From the NCBI GenBank assembly GCA_001816585.1, contig MHCJ01000003.1, positions 11,013-75,012 on the forward strand: a stretch of DNA of 64,000 bases. Reading direction: 5' to 3'. Position numbers and translations under genes: made by a program. The notes beneath the pieces are model-generated. The model searched no databases and was not told where the DNA came from. It saw only the letters and a list, made by a program, of their open reading frames with translations. This stretch comes from Candidatus Chisholmbacteria bacterium RIFCSPHIGHO2_01_FULL_52_32. GTDB taxonomy: Bacteria > Patescibacteriota > Microgenomatia > UBA1400 > Chisholmbacteraceae. Every line of letters begins with the position of its first letter. The first letter of the stretch is position 1. Of the stretch, positions 36,720 to 46,091 are shown in pieces.

Positions 36720-38093
36720 TTACTTCAGGTTGATGGCGTAGAGGTTGGCGGGAAGCTCTGACTGGGGGTTGAGGTTTGTAAGAATCAATAGCTTTGACCC
36801 ATCCGGCCAGGAGTAGGCGAATCGGTCCAAGAGGGAGCCGGCATAGACCGCCGCCCGATTGGTGCCATCGTATTCAAGAATGGTGATTTTGTCTTCTTCG
36901 GTTTGGATGAGGTGGTTTGAATCGGGGAACCACTGGAGTTGTCCCGCAGAGATCGGTGCGTACTGGGCAGCGAATTCGCTTATGGTGCTTTGGGTTGTTT
37001 CTTTCTGAAGTTTTGTGTAGGCACTCGGCGATGCTTCCTCAATAAACGGAAGGTTTTGCGTGATTCGATCGACGAGAAGGATTTTCTGACGGAGCGTCCC
37101 CAGTTCAGCGGGCGGTTCTTGTCTTTGGGCAATCAGGAAGTTCCTATCTTCCTTGAGGTCATAGACGTAAACGTTTCCGGGCTCGAGAAGACGCTGTTCC
37201 TGTTGTGTGCTTGAGGCAGGGAGAGGAGGGATGAGTTTTTCGGGAATCTCCGCTTCATTGGTGGCTGTTAAGAGAAGCTTCTCTTCGTCCGGAGAAAAGT
37301 AGAGATTTGTCGCGGAGCCGGTCGCGATGTTTTGCATTTCACTTGGCAAGGTGAGCAGCTGATCGTTTAACTTATGCGCAAGTTGCTCTTCCCATTGGGA
37401 GAAGATTACCGGGAGTCTTGCCGTTGCATCACGAAGTGCCTCCTCCCGGTTTAAGCCGCCGGCATCAAGGAGGATGTTGGTTTCGGATACCACGGTTTTC
37501 TCTCCTTCCGGAAAGTGGGCAAGGAGTTGGGCGGAGTCCGGCGACCACAAGAGTGTTGCGTTGCCGAAATCGAGATTTTCCGTGTTACGGACAATCTGGA
37601 TGGGGTCTTTGGAGAGCGAGAACGGCCTGGTAACCATGTCGAGGACCCAAACGCCTTTTTTTACGTCTTCACTTGAGGCGGTTACCACATAGGCGATTTT
37701 TTGGCCATCGGGACTCGGGGTAAGATTCTCGGCTCCGGTGAAGGTAAGCGGGCGAAGATCCGTGACGGATGGAAAGAGGCGGGCAATGGCTTGGGTGACG
37801 AGTTCCTCTTCAATTTTCAGGGTCTTTTTCCAGGAAATGTAGCCATCTTTCTTGATCTCTACCTCGTACTCTCCCGGAGGAAGGTTGGTCGTGTCGTTGG
37901 TGGCTGTCGTGAGTTTTCCATTGAGAAAGACTTGGGCACCGATAGGGACGGAGTTTGTCACCAAGAGGCCGGTGCCGCGGATTTCTCGTTTCCGAAGATC
38001 CGGGCGGTAACCTTTCGCGAACTGGATGGCGATGTAGGTACCCGCAACCAGAATAACCGCGGTGGCGATGGCGACGATGAGTTTACGATTCAT
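36720..38093 (-). CDS. Membrane-anchored protein with a PEGA-like domain and beta-propeller-like repeats
   Basis: N-terminal TM (LIVAIATAVILVAGTYIAI), a PEGA-like segment (GAQVFLNGKLTTATNDTTNLPPGEYEVEIKKDGY), then a long beta-rich region. Confidence 0.4.
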   Translation of the reverse strand: MNRKLIVAIATAVILVAGTYIAIQFAKGYRPDLRKREIRGTGLLVTNSVPIGAQVFLNGKLTTATNDTTNLPPGEYEVEIKKDGYISWKKTLKIEEELVTQAIARLFPSVTDLRPLTFTGAENLTPSPDGQKIAYVVTASSEDVKKGVWVLDMVTRPFSLSKDPIQIVRNTENLDFGNATLLWSPDSAQLLAHFPEGEKTVVSETNILLDAGGLNREEALRDATARLPVIFSQWEEQLAHKLNDQLLTLPSEMQNIATGSATNLYFSPDEEKLLLTATNEAEIPEKLIPPLPASSTQQEQRLLEPGNVYVYDLKEDRNFLIAQRQEPPAELGTLRQKILLVDRITQNLPFIEEASPSAYTKLQKETTQSTISEFAAQYAPISAGQLQWFPDSNHLIQTEEDKITILEYDGTNRAAVYAGSLLDRFAYSWPDGSKLLILTNLNPQSELPANLYAINLK

Positions 38094-38183
38094 TCGGAAG
38101 TGAAGTCATTATAGCAGAAGGCAGAGAGCGGAGGGCGGAGAGGGTGTGATATACTTTTGCCGCCTCAAAGGAGAATCTTTACA

Positions 38184-39188
38184 ATGTTTGCGAAAAGACT
38201 TGGCATAGACTTAGGGACGGCCAATTCCGTTGTCTGGCTTGCAGGAAAGGGTATCGTTCTTAACGAGCCGACGGTGGTCGCGGTATCGATTGAAGATAAC
38301 CGGGTGGTAGCAGTTGGGAACGAGGCGCGCGAGATGCTGGGACGGACTCCCGGCAACATCGTTGCCAGCCGGCCGCTTCGGGATGGGGTGATTGCAGACT
38401 ATGCGGTCACCGAGGCGATGCTTCGGTTTTTCATCCAGCGCGTGGTGGGGAGGGCTTTCCTGTTTAAACCCGAGGTAATGATCTGTGTTCCCGCAGGATG
38501 CACCCAGGTTGAACGGCGGGCGGTTTTGGATGCGACCCTTTCCGCGGGAGCGCGGCATGCGTATCTCATCGATGAGCCGCTGGTCGCCGCAATCGGAGCC
38601 CAAGTCCCGATTGCACAAGCTTCGGGAAACATGATTGTGGATATCGGGGGAGGAGCGGCTGAAGCTGCGGTCATCTCACTTGGAGGTGTCGTGGTCCACA
38701 AGAGTGTTCGGATCGCGGGGAACAAAATTGATGAGGCGATTGCTTCGTTTATCCGTCGCAGCCACAACCTTATCGTCGGTGATCAGACCGCGGAGATGAT
38801 AAAGATTAAGATCGGATCTGCGACCCGGCTTGCGGAGGAAGAGAAGCTTGCGGTGAAGGGGAGGGATTCCATTGCCGGGCTTCCGAGAACCGTCACTATC
38901 ACGAGTACTGAGGTAACCGAGGCAATCCACCGGCCGCTTATGGCGATCATCGGAGCGGTGAAGGGCGTTTTGGAGCAGGTGCCGCCGGAATTGGCCTCGG
39001 ATATTATTGATAAGGGGATTGTGATGGCCGGTGGAACCAGTTTGCTCCGGAATTTGGATCTCCTGATGACCGAGGAAACGGGCGTGCCTTGCCATGTGTG
39101 TGAAGAACCCATGCTTGCGGTGGCGAAAGGGACGGGGATTGCCTTGGAGAATTTGGATTTGTACAAACGAAGCATTACGAGGAGATAA
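38184..39188 (+). CDS. mreB: Rod shape-determining actin homolog MreB
   Basis: MFAKRLGIDLGTANSVVW...EPTVVAV...IVDIGGGAAEAAVISLGG (actin fold phosphate 1/2 motifs). SD aaaggaga lies upstream of the ATG at 38184. Confidence 0.9.
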   Translation: MFAKRLGIDLGTANSVVWLAGKGIVLNEPTVVAVSIEDNRVVAVGNEAREMLGRTPGNIVASRPLRDGVIADYAVTEAMLRFFIQRVVGRAFLFKPEVMICVPAGCTQVERRAVLDATLSAGARHAYLIDEPLVAAIGAQVPIAQASGNMIVDIGGGAAEAAVISLGGVVVHKSVRIAGNKIDEAIASFIRRSHNLIVGDQTAEMIKIKIGSATRLAEEEKLAVKGRDSIAGLPRTVTITSTEVTEAIHRPLMAIIGAVKGVLEQVPPELASDIIDKGIVMAGGTSLLRNLDLLMTEETGVPCHVCEEPMLAVAKGTGIALENLDLYKRSITRR

Positions 39189-39328
39189 GAGTAGGGTATA
39201 GGGCTTAGGATTTAGCTTATTGGCTTGTAGCTTCTTAGTTTAATTAGCCTCTAAGCACCTCGTTTTTCCTGACTACTGAATACTGAATACCCTGCCTGCA
39301 ATTTGCAGACTCCTGCTATCATAGCCTC

Positions 39329-40477
39329 ATGAATGTTGGCATTGACGCCTCAAGGGCATTTGTTTCAGAGCGAACCGGGACGGAGAAATACTCCTTAAAG
39401 CTTCTTGAGGCGTTGGGGAAGGTAGACGATAGGAATCGGTATATCATGTATACTCGTACCTTGAAAGGTCTGACCTTGCAAGGTGGGTCTGGTGGGCGGT
39501 TTGCTGTGCGGGAGATCGGGTGGCCGAGGCTGTGGACCCAAGGAGGCCTGGCCGCCCGCACGTGGGTTGACCGCTTAGATGTTCTTTTTATTCCGGCGCA
39601 CACCCTGCCGGTTCTGCGGCGGCCACGGCTTAAGACGGTCGTCACTATTCATGGGCTCGAGTATGAATATCTGCCGCAGTATTACCAGTTTCCCCAAAAA
39701 GTGTACCTCACGTGGTCCACACGCTATGCCGTGCGGTCTGCTACGCGACTGATTGCGGTTTCCCGCTTCACCGCTTCGGAGCTGGTTTCTCGGATGGGAG
39801 CTGATTCTTCAAAAATCCGTGTGATTCATGAAGGTGTTGATGCACTAGGTTATAGTAAATCATATAGCGATAATGTAAAGCATAGTGTTTTGGAGGGCTT
39901 TGGCGTTCGGAAACCCTACGTTCTGTTTGTCGGAGTGGTTCAGCCGAGGAAGAACCTTGTGCGGCTGGTTGAGGCGTTTTCGCTTACTGTGAACAGACTT
40001 TTGGGAGAAAGAAAGGGGTTTCCGGATCTTACCTTGGTCATTGCCGGAAAGCTTGGGTGGATGGTTGAGGAGACACTAAAGGCCCCGCAAAAGTTCGGGG
40101 TGGCGGATCGGGTGAAGTTTTTGGGCTTTGTGGAGGATAAGCATTTACCTTTTCTTATGCAGGAAGCGGAGCTTTTAGTGCAACCAAGCCTCACCGAGGG
40201 CTTTGGGTTACCGGTTTTAGAGGCAATGGCCGCCGGCACGCCGGTTGTGGCTGCTCGGGCGGGGGCATTGCCTGAGGTCTGCGGGGATGCAGCAATTCTC
40301 GTCGATCCTGTTGACGTTGTTAATATTGCAGATGGTCTGTTTCAAGGGCTGACTCACAAGGAGATGAGAAGAAGGCTGACGAAACTGGGTCTCGAGAGGG
40401 TGAAACAGTTTACTTGGGAAAAGGCGGCACAAAAGACACTTGAAGTGTTGGAAGAAGCGGTGGGGGAATCGAGGTAA
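39329..40477 (+). CDS. Glycosyltransferase family 1 (GT4-type, GT-B fold)
   Basis: The C-terminal EGFGLPVLEAMAAGTPVVA is the signature E-x7-E region of retaining GT4 enzymes. An in-frame REP palindrome at 39463-39493 encodes TLKGLTLQGG. Confidence 0.8.
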   Translation: MNVGIDASRAFVSERTGTEKYSLKLLEALGKVDDRNRYIMYTRTLKGLTLQGGSGGRFAVREIGWPRLWTQGGLAARTWVDRLDVLFIPAHTLPVLRRPRLKTVVTIHGLEYEYLPQYYQFPQKVYLTWSTRYAVRSATRLIAVSRFTASELVSRMGADSSKIRVIHEGVDALGYSKSYSDNVKHSVLEGFGVRKPYVLFVGVVQPRKNLVRLVEAFSLTVNRLLGERKGFPDLTLVIAGKLGWMVEETLKAPQKFGVADRVKFLGFVEDKHLPFLMQEAELLVQPSLTEGFGLPVLEAMAAGTPVVAARAGALPEVCGDAAILVDPVDVVNIADGLFQGLTHKEMRRRLTKLGLERVKQFTWEKAAQKTLEVLEEAVGESR

Positions 40478-40600
40478 TAGGCATTAGGGTATAGGGTTTA
40501 GGCTAAGGCAGAAAGATTCATGATTTACGATTGATGAATCATGAACTGCTGAAAACTGAATACTGAATACTGAATTCTGAATTCATAATACTGTCCTGAA
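40478..40600. repeat. Heptamer repeat tract (TAGGGTA/TAGGCTA and CTGAATA types)
   Basis: taggcat tagggta tagggtt taggcta agg ... ctgaaaa ctgaata ctgaata ctgaatt ctgaatt. Confidence 0.7.
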
Positions 40601-41103
40601 GAACAATGCTATATTTTCAACGATTTACGAGTGTTTTTCCAGATGTTCAATGGGGAAAGTTACCAGAGTAATACTGAGTATAGAAGCTGTGCAATGTGGG
40701 CGATTATTGCTATGATTTTGGAAATGAATAGTCTTATAGTATCATCCTCTTTGTCTTATTGAGGCGGACGATAGAGCAGCAACGACACAAAACTTAGATA
40801 CCCTCAACCACTATTCTTGGCGTTCGTGTTTCGCGGGTGTCCAAGCGGGAGACTCTGACCTGGATCACGGGGGAATCACGAAAGGGGAGAGAAAACTGGT
40901 GCTAACACCTAACCCGGAGCAGGTAATGATGGCTCAAAAGGATTGGTCCTTCCGACAAATCCTGAGTAAGGCCGACTTAGCACTCTCCGACGGGGTTGGC
41001 TCGCTGTAGTAGGAGTACTGTTTTCACGATTGACTGTTACGGTACAATGAGGGTTGTATTTAGATTGGTGAATCGATTACTTTCTCAACGCTGAAAGGGT
41101 GGG

Positions 41104-42759
41104 ATGAGTCCAAGATACGGCGGCAGGGAATTGTCTCCGGAATACCGGGCGGCAGGTGGTTTGGTGGTGTTGGGGTTGGCTTTGTCAGCCTGTACCACTG
41201 AGGCGCAAGCGACCATCACACCAGAACAATTCCCCACGCAGCCAAGATCGACCGAGGTATTACCGAGCCCGACACCTGAATTCAGTGTGGGGCGGACGCA
41301 GAGTCAAGAGGATATTCGGGTTGGTTTGGGGCGGGCAGTGGGAGCAGGTGGACCGGAGAGTTTTCAACGATTCGAGCAGATACACAACAACTCCTTACTT
41401 CAAGATGCGCTAAACCGTGTGGGGTTAAACCCTTGGATTGGCGAACTATTGAATGGGCGGAGCATTTTGACCCAAGTCGGGACTCACTCCGATGGGAGAC
41501 GGACCTGTTTCCCAACGATGCCTGAGCTCATCTATAATCCCGATGTTCCTGCGCGCCCCGGGCAGGAGTCCGGCCAAGATGATTGGCTATCCACAAACAA
41601 CTTTGTGGTTTCTTACGGGGATGGGGTGACTCGGTCAGAGAGACTTAAGGCAATTTCAGCTGTGACGCTGCGGAATACAACGGAAGATGTTATTTGTGTG
41701 AATACTTATGTCAGCAGGGATAGACCGAACCCATATGGGAAAAAACCCGGGACGCTCCTCAATGTCCTTATCAACCGGCAAACGGGGAGGATCTACGGGA
41801 CACTCCGAGCGGCATATGCCCAAACTGATCAAGTCGAGTTTGATGCGCGGACTGGTTCCGTCTTTGTCAACGGGGTAGAGACTTGGTATGAGGGGGAGGG
41901 GATGGCGGATCTGGTTATTCCCCCTGATCCCATGGAGCTCGGCAGACAGCTTCCCGGGGTTACCGAAGTCCTCAAACTTGGGGATGAGACGTTGGCCTAT
42001 GGGCGCCCCGGCCAGATGCCTTTGTTTAAGTTCAATACCGACACCGGAGAATGGGCGACGTTTGTGAGGGACACGGGATTTGCGCTAGTAAAGGAGTGGA
42101 TGAATATTCCGGAGAGCATGCTCAAGCCGCTGTCCGTGGAACGCACCCAGTCCATGCGGTTTGTGGACGGACAGGGAGATCCGCTGCCCTACGGCTATAT
42201 TGGGTACATGAGGCAGGGTATGTTGGCTTTGGATGGGATCCATAAAACGTGGTACCTCAGTGATCCGGTTGTTTCGGGCGATGAGGGTGTTAATGTTCTG
42301 CTCCATGGTAGATTACGTGGTGTTCTTGCTGATCTTCATCAGCTACCTCCGGGATTTAACCCCGACTATACAACTCGATGGGCTATCCTTGAGTTTCCCA
42401 TCGAGCGGGTTGACCCGGCTACCGGGGATTTGCGCTGGACCGGTGATTCGCAGTTTGCAGCCGTCGGGCTCCAGTACGGTCCAGGAAATGATATTATCCG
42501 CATTCCCGTCCGTTTCCTTGAGGGGAGAAACATCGAAAACCAGAAGGTTCTTGGGAGAACGCCCACTACCATTACGGACATCATTCAACAGATGCCCGAG
42601 GGTGCATCGGTCATCCTTGGGGTTCCGACTAGTTTCCGTAGTCGGGGGAGCGATCATGCCGCAAGTGTGTTTGATGCCTTCAGGAGAGGCGAGCTTATCA
42701 CCGATTCAATCCCATTTGATACTCTTGTTCAGATAATAGATTCTTCGTTTTCTGACTAG
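41104..42759 (+). CDS. Predicted lipoprotein, large hypothetical
   Basis: Lipobox-like LALSAC at residues 23-28. No enzymatic motif recognised. Confidence 0.4.
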   Translation: MSPRYGGRELSPEYRAAGGLVVLGLALSACTTEAQATITPEQFPTQPRSTEVLPSPTPEFSVGRTQSQEDIRVGLGRAVGAGGPESFQRFEQIHNNSLLQDALNRVGLNPWIGELLNGRSILTQVGTHSDGRRTCFPTMPELIYNPDVPARPGQESGQDDWLSTNNFVVSYGDGVTRSERLKAISAVTLRNTTEDVICVNTYVSRDRPNPYGKKPGTLLNVLINRQTGRIYGTLRAAYAQTDQVEFDARTGSVFVNGVETWYEGEGMADLVIPPDPMELGRQLPGVTEVLKLGDETLAYGRPGQMPLFKFNTDTGEWATFVRDTGFALVKEWMNIPESMLKPLSVERTQSMRFVDGQGDPLPYGYIGYMRQGMLALDGIHKTWYLSDPVVSGDEGVNVLLHGRLRGVLADLHQLPPGFNPDYTTRWAILEFPIERVDPATGDLRWTGDSQFAAVGLQYGPGNDIIRIPVRFLEGRNIENQKVLGRTPTTITDIIQQMPEGASVILGVPTSFRSRGSDHAASVFDAFRRGELITDSIPFDTLVQIIDSSFSD

Positions 42760-42852
42760 CCTTGGAATTTCTCAACCCCCCCCGTTTAGGGTATTGTTCG
42801 TCTTGCATCCATTGCATCTTTTCGGTAGTCTGGTTCTTAGGATGTTTTTGGT

Positions 42853-43491
42853 ATGAATAGAATGCTGTCCTTCTTGAGAGAGCGATCTTCGGCAATCGCC
42901 GGTGTTTTGTTGCTGGTTCTGCTGGTGGGGCTTGCAGTTTTTTTGTACTTTCGCACCCGCGTACTTGAGGTTCCGCCTCCGGAACCGTCAGCTGAACCGG
43001 CAGTCACGAGTATCCTAAACCAGCCAAATAATCCAATTCAGAAGTATCCCGGTGCAGATAAGCGGAGCTTTCTCTATAAGCTCGAGGGGAGCTTCGTCGG
43101 AACAATTGCGCAGGATCAGTTCCGTGAGGATAAAGCATGGGTTGGGAAATTCGTCCTGCGTGGTGACTCCTTGAAACGAGAAATTCCCCTTCTTATTGGA
43201 ATACCGGAAGACACCGTGTTATTCGGTATTTTTGAGGGCACATTATCCGGCGACTCAACCTGGAAGATTCGGGGGATGGCTGATGTAGCAATCGAGCTCA
43301 AGCCCGGAGAACTGGTATTGATCCAATCCGAGCAGAAGCTCCCGCCTGACCTTGCCGTTGTTCCTGACTATTTCAGGTCAAATCAGCAAGTGTTAGATAC
43401 ACTGGCCGGAGAGTTTAATACCAAGGAATTTGGGTACACTATTCCGTCTGATTATACATTGATTGTTACCGGCATTGGTGTCGCGCGATGA
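42853..43491 (+). CDS. Hypothetical membrane-anchored protein
   Basis: N-terminal TM (IAGVLLLVLLVGLAVFLYF). The stop overlaps the next start (ATGA), suggesting translational coupling. Confidence 0.35.
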   Translation: MNRMLSFLRERSSAIAGVLLLVLLVGLAVFLYFRTRVLEVPPPEPSAEPAVTSILNQPNNPIQKYPGADKRSFLYKLEGSFVGTIAQDQFREDKAWVGKFVLRGDSLKREIPLLIGIPEDTVLFGIFEGTLSGDSTWKIRGMADVAIELKPGELVLIQSEQKLPPDLAVVPDYFRSNQQVLDTLAGEFNTKEFGYTIPSDYTLIVTGIGVAR

Positions 43492-45908
43492 GACAGAAAT
43501 TCTTACTGCTCTCAATATCTATTTTGATCCTGGTTGGCGGAATGTTCTTTCTACTTCGAGAACAGAAAGCCTACGGTCAAATCATTGACGGCCATCCGGC
43601 GTGTGGAGGTTCGAAGCCCGCTTGTTGGTCGACAAGAACAGCTGAACGATGGGCCTGTTCCGCTTGTCCTTCCACTGCATTACGTTGTCAGGGCCATATT
43701 TCCTGGGGATGTGCGAGATGCTCAAACTTCCCTGATGCTGCTTGTAGCTCTGACGCTGACTGTGACTTCGGACCCTATTATCCAGCTGGGACATGTGGGG
43801 CATCAAATGCCGCTTGTGCTGGACAAGGTCCGTGTATCTACGTGTGTGTGAATTCACCCTACCCAACGTCCCAGTGTGAAAACTTTTCCGATAATCTGGC
43901 ATGTAATAACGTTTCTGGGTCATCTTGTAATTGGCAGGGATATCTTGAGAATTGTACTTCTTCAGTTGATTCGTGCGATCTTGACCTGACTTGGACTACA
44001 TTGAGCTGTTGTGGTCCGGGTTCGAGCTCGCCGACTCCGACACCGGTTCCACCCACCCCTGCTCCAACTCCCATACCGACTCCGACACCGATTCCCGGGT
44101 GTACAGCAACTGCACCAACCAATTTGACCACCCCTGGGATAACAGGCAGCGGGGCTACCCTACAGTGGACACCCGGAACAGGAGGGACCAAGCAGCAGGT
44201 GATGCTCGGAACCGTACTCTCTGAAGTGTCCGCGGGGTGTCCTTCCGGGTTCGGAGGTACTTGTCTTATAATTGCCGACAATCTGTCTACCACGAAGAAC
44301 TTCTTTAGCACTGACCTTGATGACCGAGGGGATGGCAGCGGTCCTGCGGTGCTTTCACCCAATACCCTTTACTATTGGAGAGTGGTGAACTACCTGGATG
44401 CAGCTTGTTCCGCCTCGGCCGTCTCTTCCTTTACGACGGCGATTCCGGTTTGTTCCGCACCCTTGAATCTCACGGGAACCACCGCTTGCGATGCCAGCGA
44501 CAGCCTTTTAGATATCACCTGGAGGTGGAATGTGGTAACTGGGGCGACGCAATACCTTTTCCAGGCAGATAACACCTCAAATCTCTTCCCGAGCCCTGAA
44601 GTGAGTAATGGTCTTGATGCCAGCGCTGTCTGCAGCGGGGCAACCTGTACCTATATCACTAATAACATCACGCCGGGTACCTGGTACGGCCGCGTCAAGG
44701 TGTTGGTATCGGATGGGAGCTGTGACTATTCTAATCCGCCTTGGAGCTTGGTAACTTCCGTCACGAATACGTGTACGGCGGCGTTCACGGGAACGGTGTA
44801 TAACGATCTTGCGCTTGATGCCTATCTGTCGGGAGGCGTCTGCGTCAATCCTACCCCAGACAGCGGAACACAGCCAGGGGCGAGTTCGCGGGTTCGGGTG
44901 AATGACAGCCTGGGTGGGCTGGAGACCGGGCCTGTCGGAGGCGGCGGTGCGTATACGGTTTCCGGGGTTCCGATCAGCCTGACGGGGAACCAACCTCTGC
45001 TTGAGAATATGGATGCGGGGTGGGTCTGCAAGTGTCCGGCCGGCTGTGCCTATGGGGCAAACTTTGCCTCGCCTGCTTCCGGGGTCAATTTCTTTGTGAC
45101 GCAGCGCCAAGGCGGGTGGGCCCAGACCGTAGGCGGAGATGTCATGGTAGGGGCGGATCCTTTAGCCTCTGGCGATATCAGCATTCCGATTCCCGGAACA
45201 TGTTCTTCTTTCCCGACCTGTACACCGCAATTCTCGCTTGCCGGTACGGATTCCGTGGGTGTTGTCCAAGCCACAGGGACGGTCAGCTTTGACCCGAGTG
45301 GTGCGGTTTCTTCAACGGGCTGGCAGGCAGCTAGCGGGTACTCCGGCCCCCAGTTCCGCCATGCCTTTTGGCGGAAGGAAGCCAGAACCGTGGTTCCGAT
45401 TGCGAATCTGACCACTCGTCCTGCTGCCGGTGGCCCCACCTTTGAAGTCCAAAGCGCAACAGACATCACCCTGACAGGGGCGAATTGGCAAAATATTCCA
45501 CAGCCTTTAACCATCTTTGTCACCTTCACGGACCCGAATCCCTTGAACCGAACCCTGACGATCAACCCCGATCAGCACGAAATCACCATGAATCCTCTTG
45601 GGATGCTGACCATCATCACCAACGGGAATATCCAGGCGGCTGATACACTCACCCGGCTTGAAGGTGTCTATCTTACCGATGGTCAGTTTCGCACCTGCGC
45701 TTCGGCGACCTGCGGAACTACCCTTGCGGATCAATTCAGGTTCCGCGGATCGGTTATTGCCTGGGGTGGAGTTGAGCTCGCCCGTGATTTGGATCTGGAC
45801 AATCGAATGGCCCCGGCGGAGCTGTTTACCTACGAACCGGAGTTTTTATCACGGCTTCCCGATTTCATCCAACGTTCCATCTTCTCCTGGCATGAAGTAG
45901 CTCCGTAG
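43488..45908 (+). CDS. Large Cys-rich extracellular protein with a Pro/Thr linker and FN3-like segments
   Basis: Signal anchor, about 30 Cys in the first 200 aa (CGGSKPACW...CSACP...CARC...), PTPTPVPPTPAPTPIPTPTPIP linker, then a beta-rich region to the C-terminus. Confidence 0.45.
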   Translation: MRQKFLLLSISILILVGGMFFLLREQKAYGQIIDGHPACGGSKPACWSTRTAERWACSACPSTALRCQGHISWGCARCSNFPDAACSSDADCDFGPYYPAGTCGASNAACAGQGPCIYVCVNSPYPTSQCENFSDNLACNNVSGSSCNWQGYLENCTSSVDSCDLDLTWTTLSCCGPGSSSPTPTPVPPTPAPTPIPTPTPIPGCTATAPTNLTTPGITGSGATLQWTPGTGGTKQQVMLGTVLSEVSAGCPSGFGGTCLIIADNLSTTKNFFSTDLDDRGDGSGPAVLSPNTLYYWRVVNYLDAACSASAVSSFTTAIPVCSAPLNLTGTTACDASDSLLDITWRWNVVTGATQYLFQADNTSNLFPSPEVSNGLDASAVCSGATCTYITNNITPGTWYGRVKVLVSDGSCDYSNPPWSLVTSVTNTCTAAFTGTVYNDLALDAYLSGGVCVNPTPDSGTQPGASSRVRVNDSLGGLETGPVGGGGAYTVSGVPISLTGNQPLLENMDAGWVCKCPAGCAYGANFASPASGVNFFVTQRQGGWAQTVGGDVMVGADPLASGDISIPIPGTCSSFPTCTPQFSLAGTDSVGVVQATGTVSFDPSGAVSSTGWQAASGYSGPQFRHAFWRKEARTVVPIANLTTRPAAGGPTFEVQSATDITLTGANWQNIPQPLTIFVTFTDPNPLNRTLTINPDQHEITMNPLGMLTIITNGNIQAADTLTRLEGVYLTDGQFRTCASATCGTTLADQFRFRGSVIAWGGVELARDLDLDNRMAPAELFTYEPEFLSRLPDFIQRSIFSWHEVAP

Positions 45909-46030
45909 AGATAGGGGATAGGGTTTAGGGTTTAGGGTTTAGCATTCATTTTCAATCATCAGTCTTCAGTTCTCAGTCATCAGCCATTAGCTATTGGCCA
46001 TCTACTATCTGCCATACGCCATTTGCACTC
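45909..46030. repeat. Heptamer repeat tract (TAGGGTT x3 then CAGTCTT/CAGCCAT/CTGCCAT types)
   Basis: gatagggtttagggtttagggtttagc ... cagtctt cagttct cagtcat cagccat tagctat tggccat ctactat ctgccat acgccat ttgcact. Confidence 0.8.
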
Positions 46031-46091
46031 ATAACCCCTTACAGCATACTTCTTACTCCATACTTCTCCCTGTGTTATACTCGACCGTAGC

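Noticed and set aside
45909-45935. TTAGGG-type (TAGGGTT) telomere repeats suggesting a linear replicon end
   Set aside because: The TAGGGTT tracts are short, internal, interspersed with other heptamer classes and flanked by ordinary genes on both sides. They fit the general heptamer-repeat phenomenon, not telomeres.
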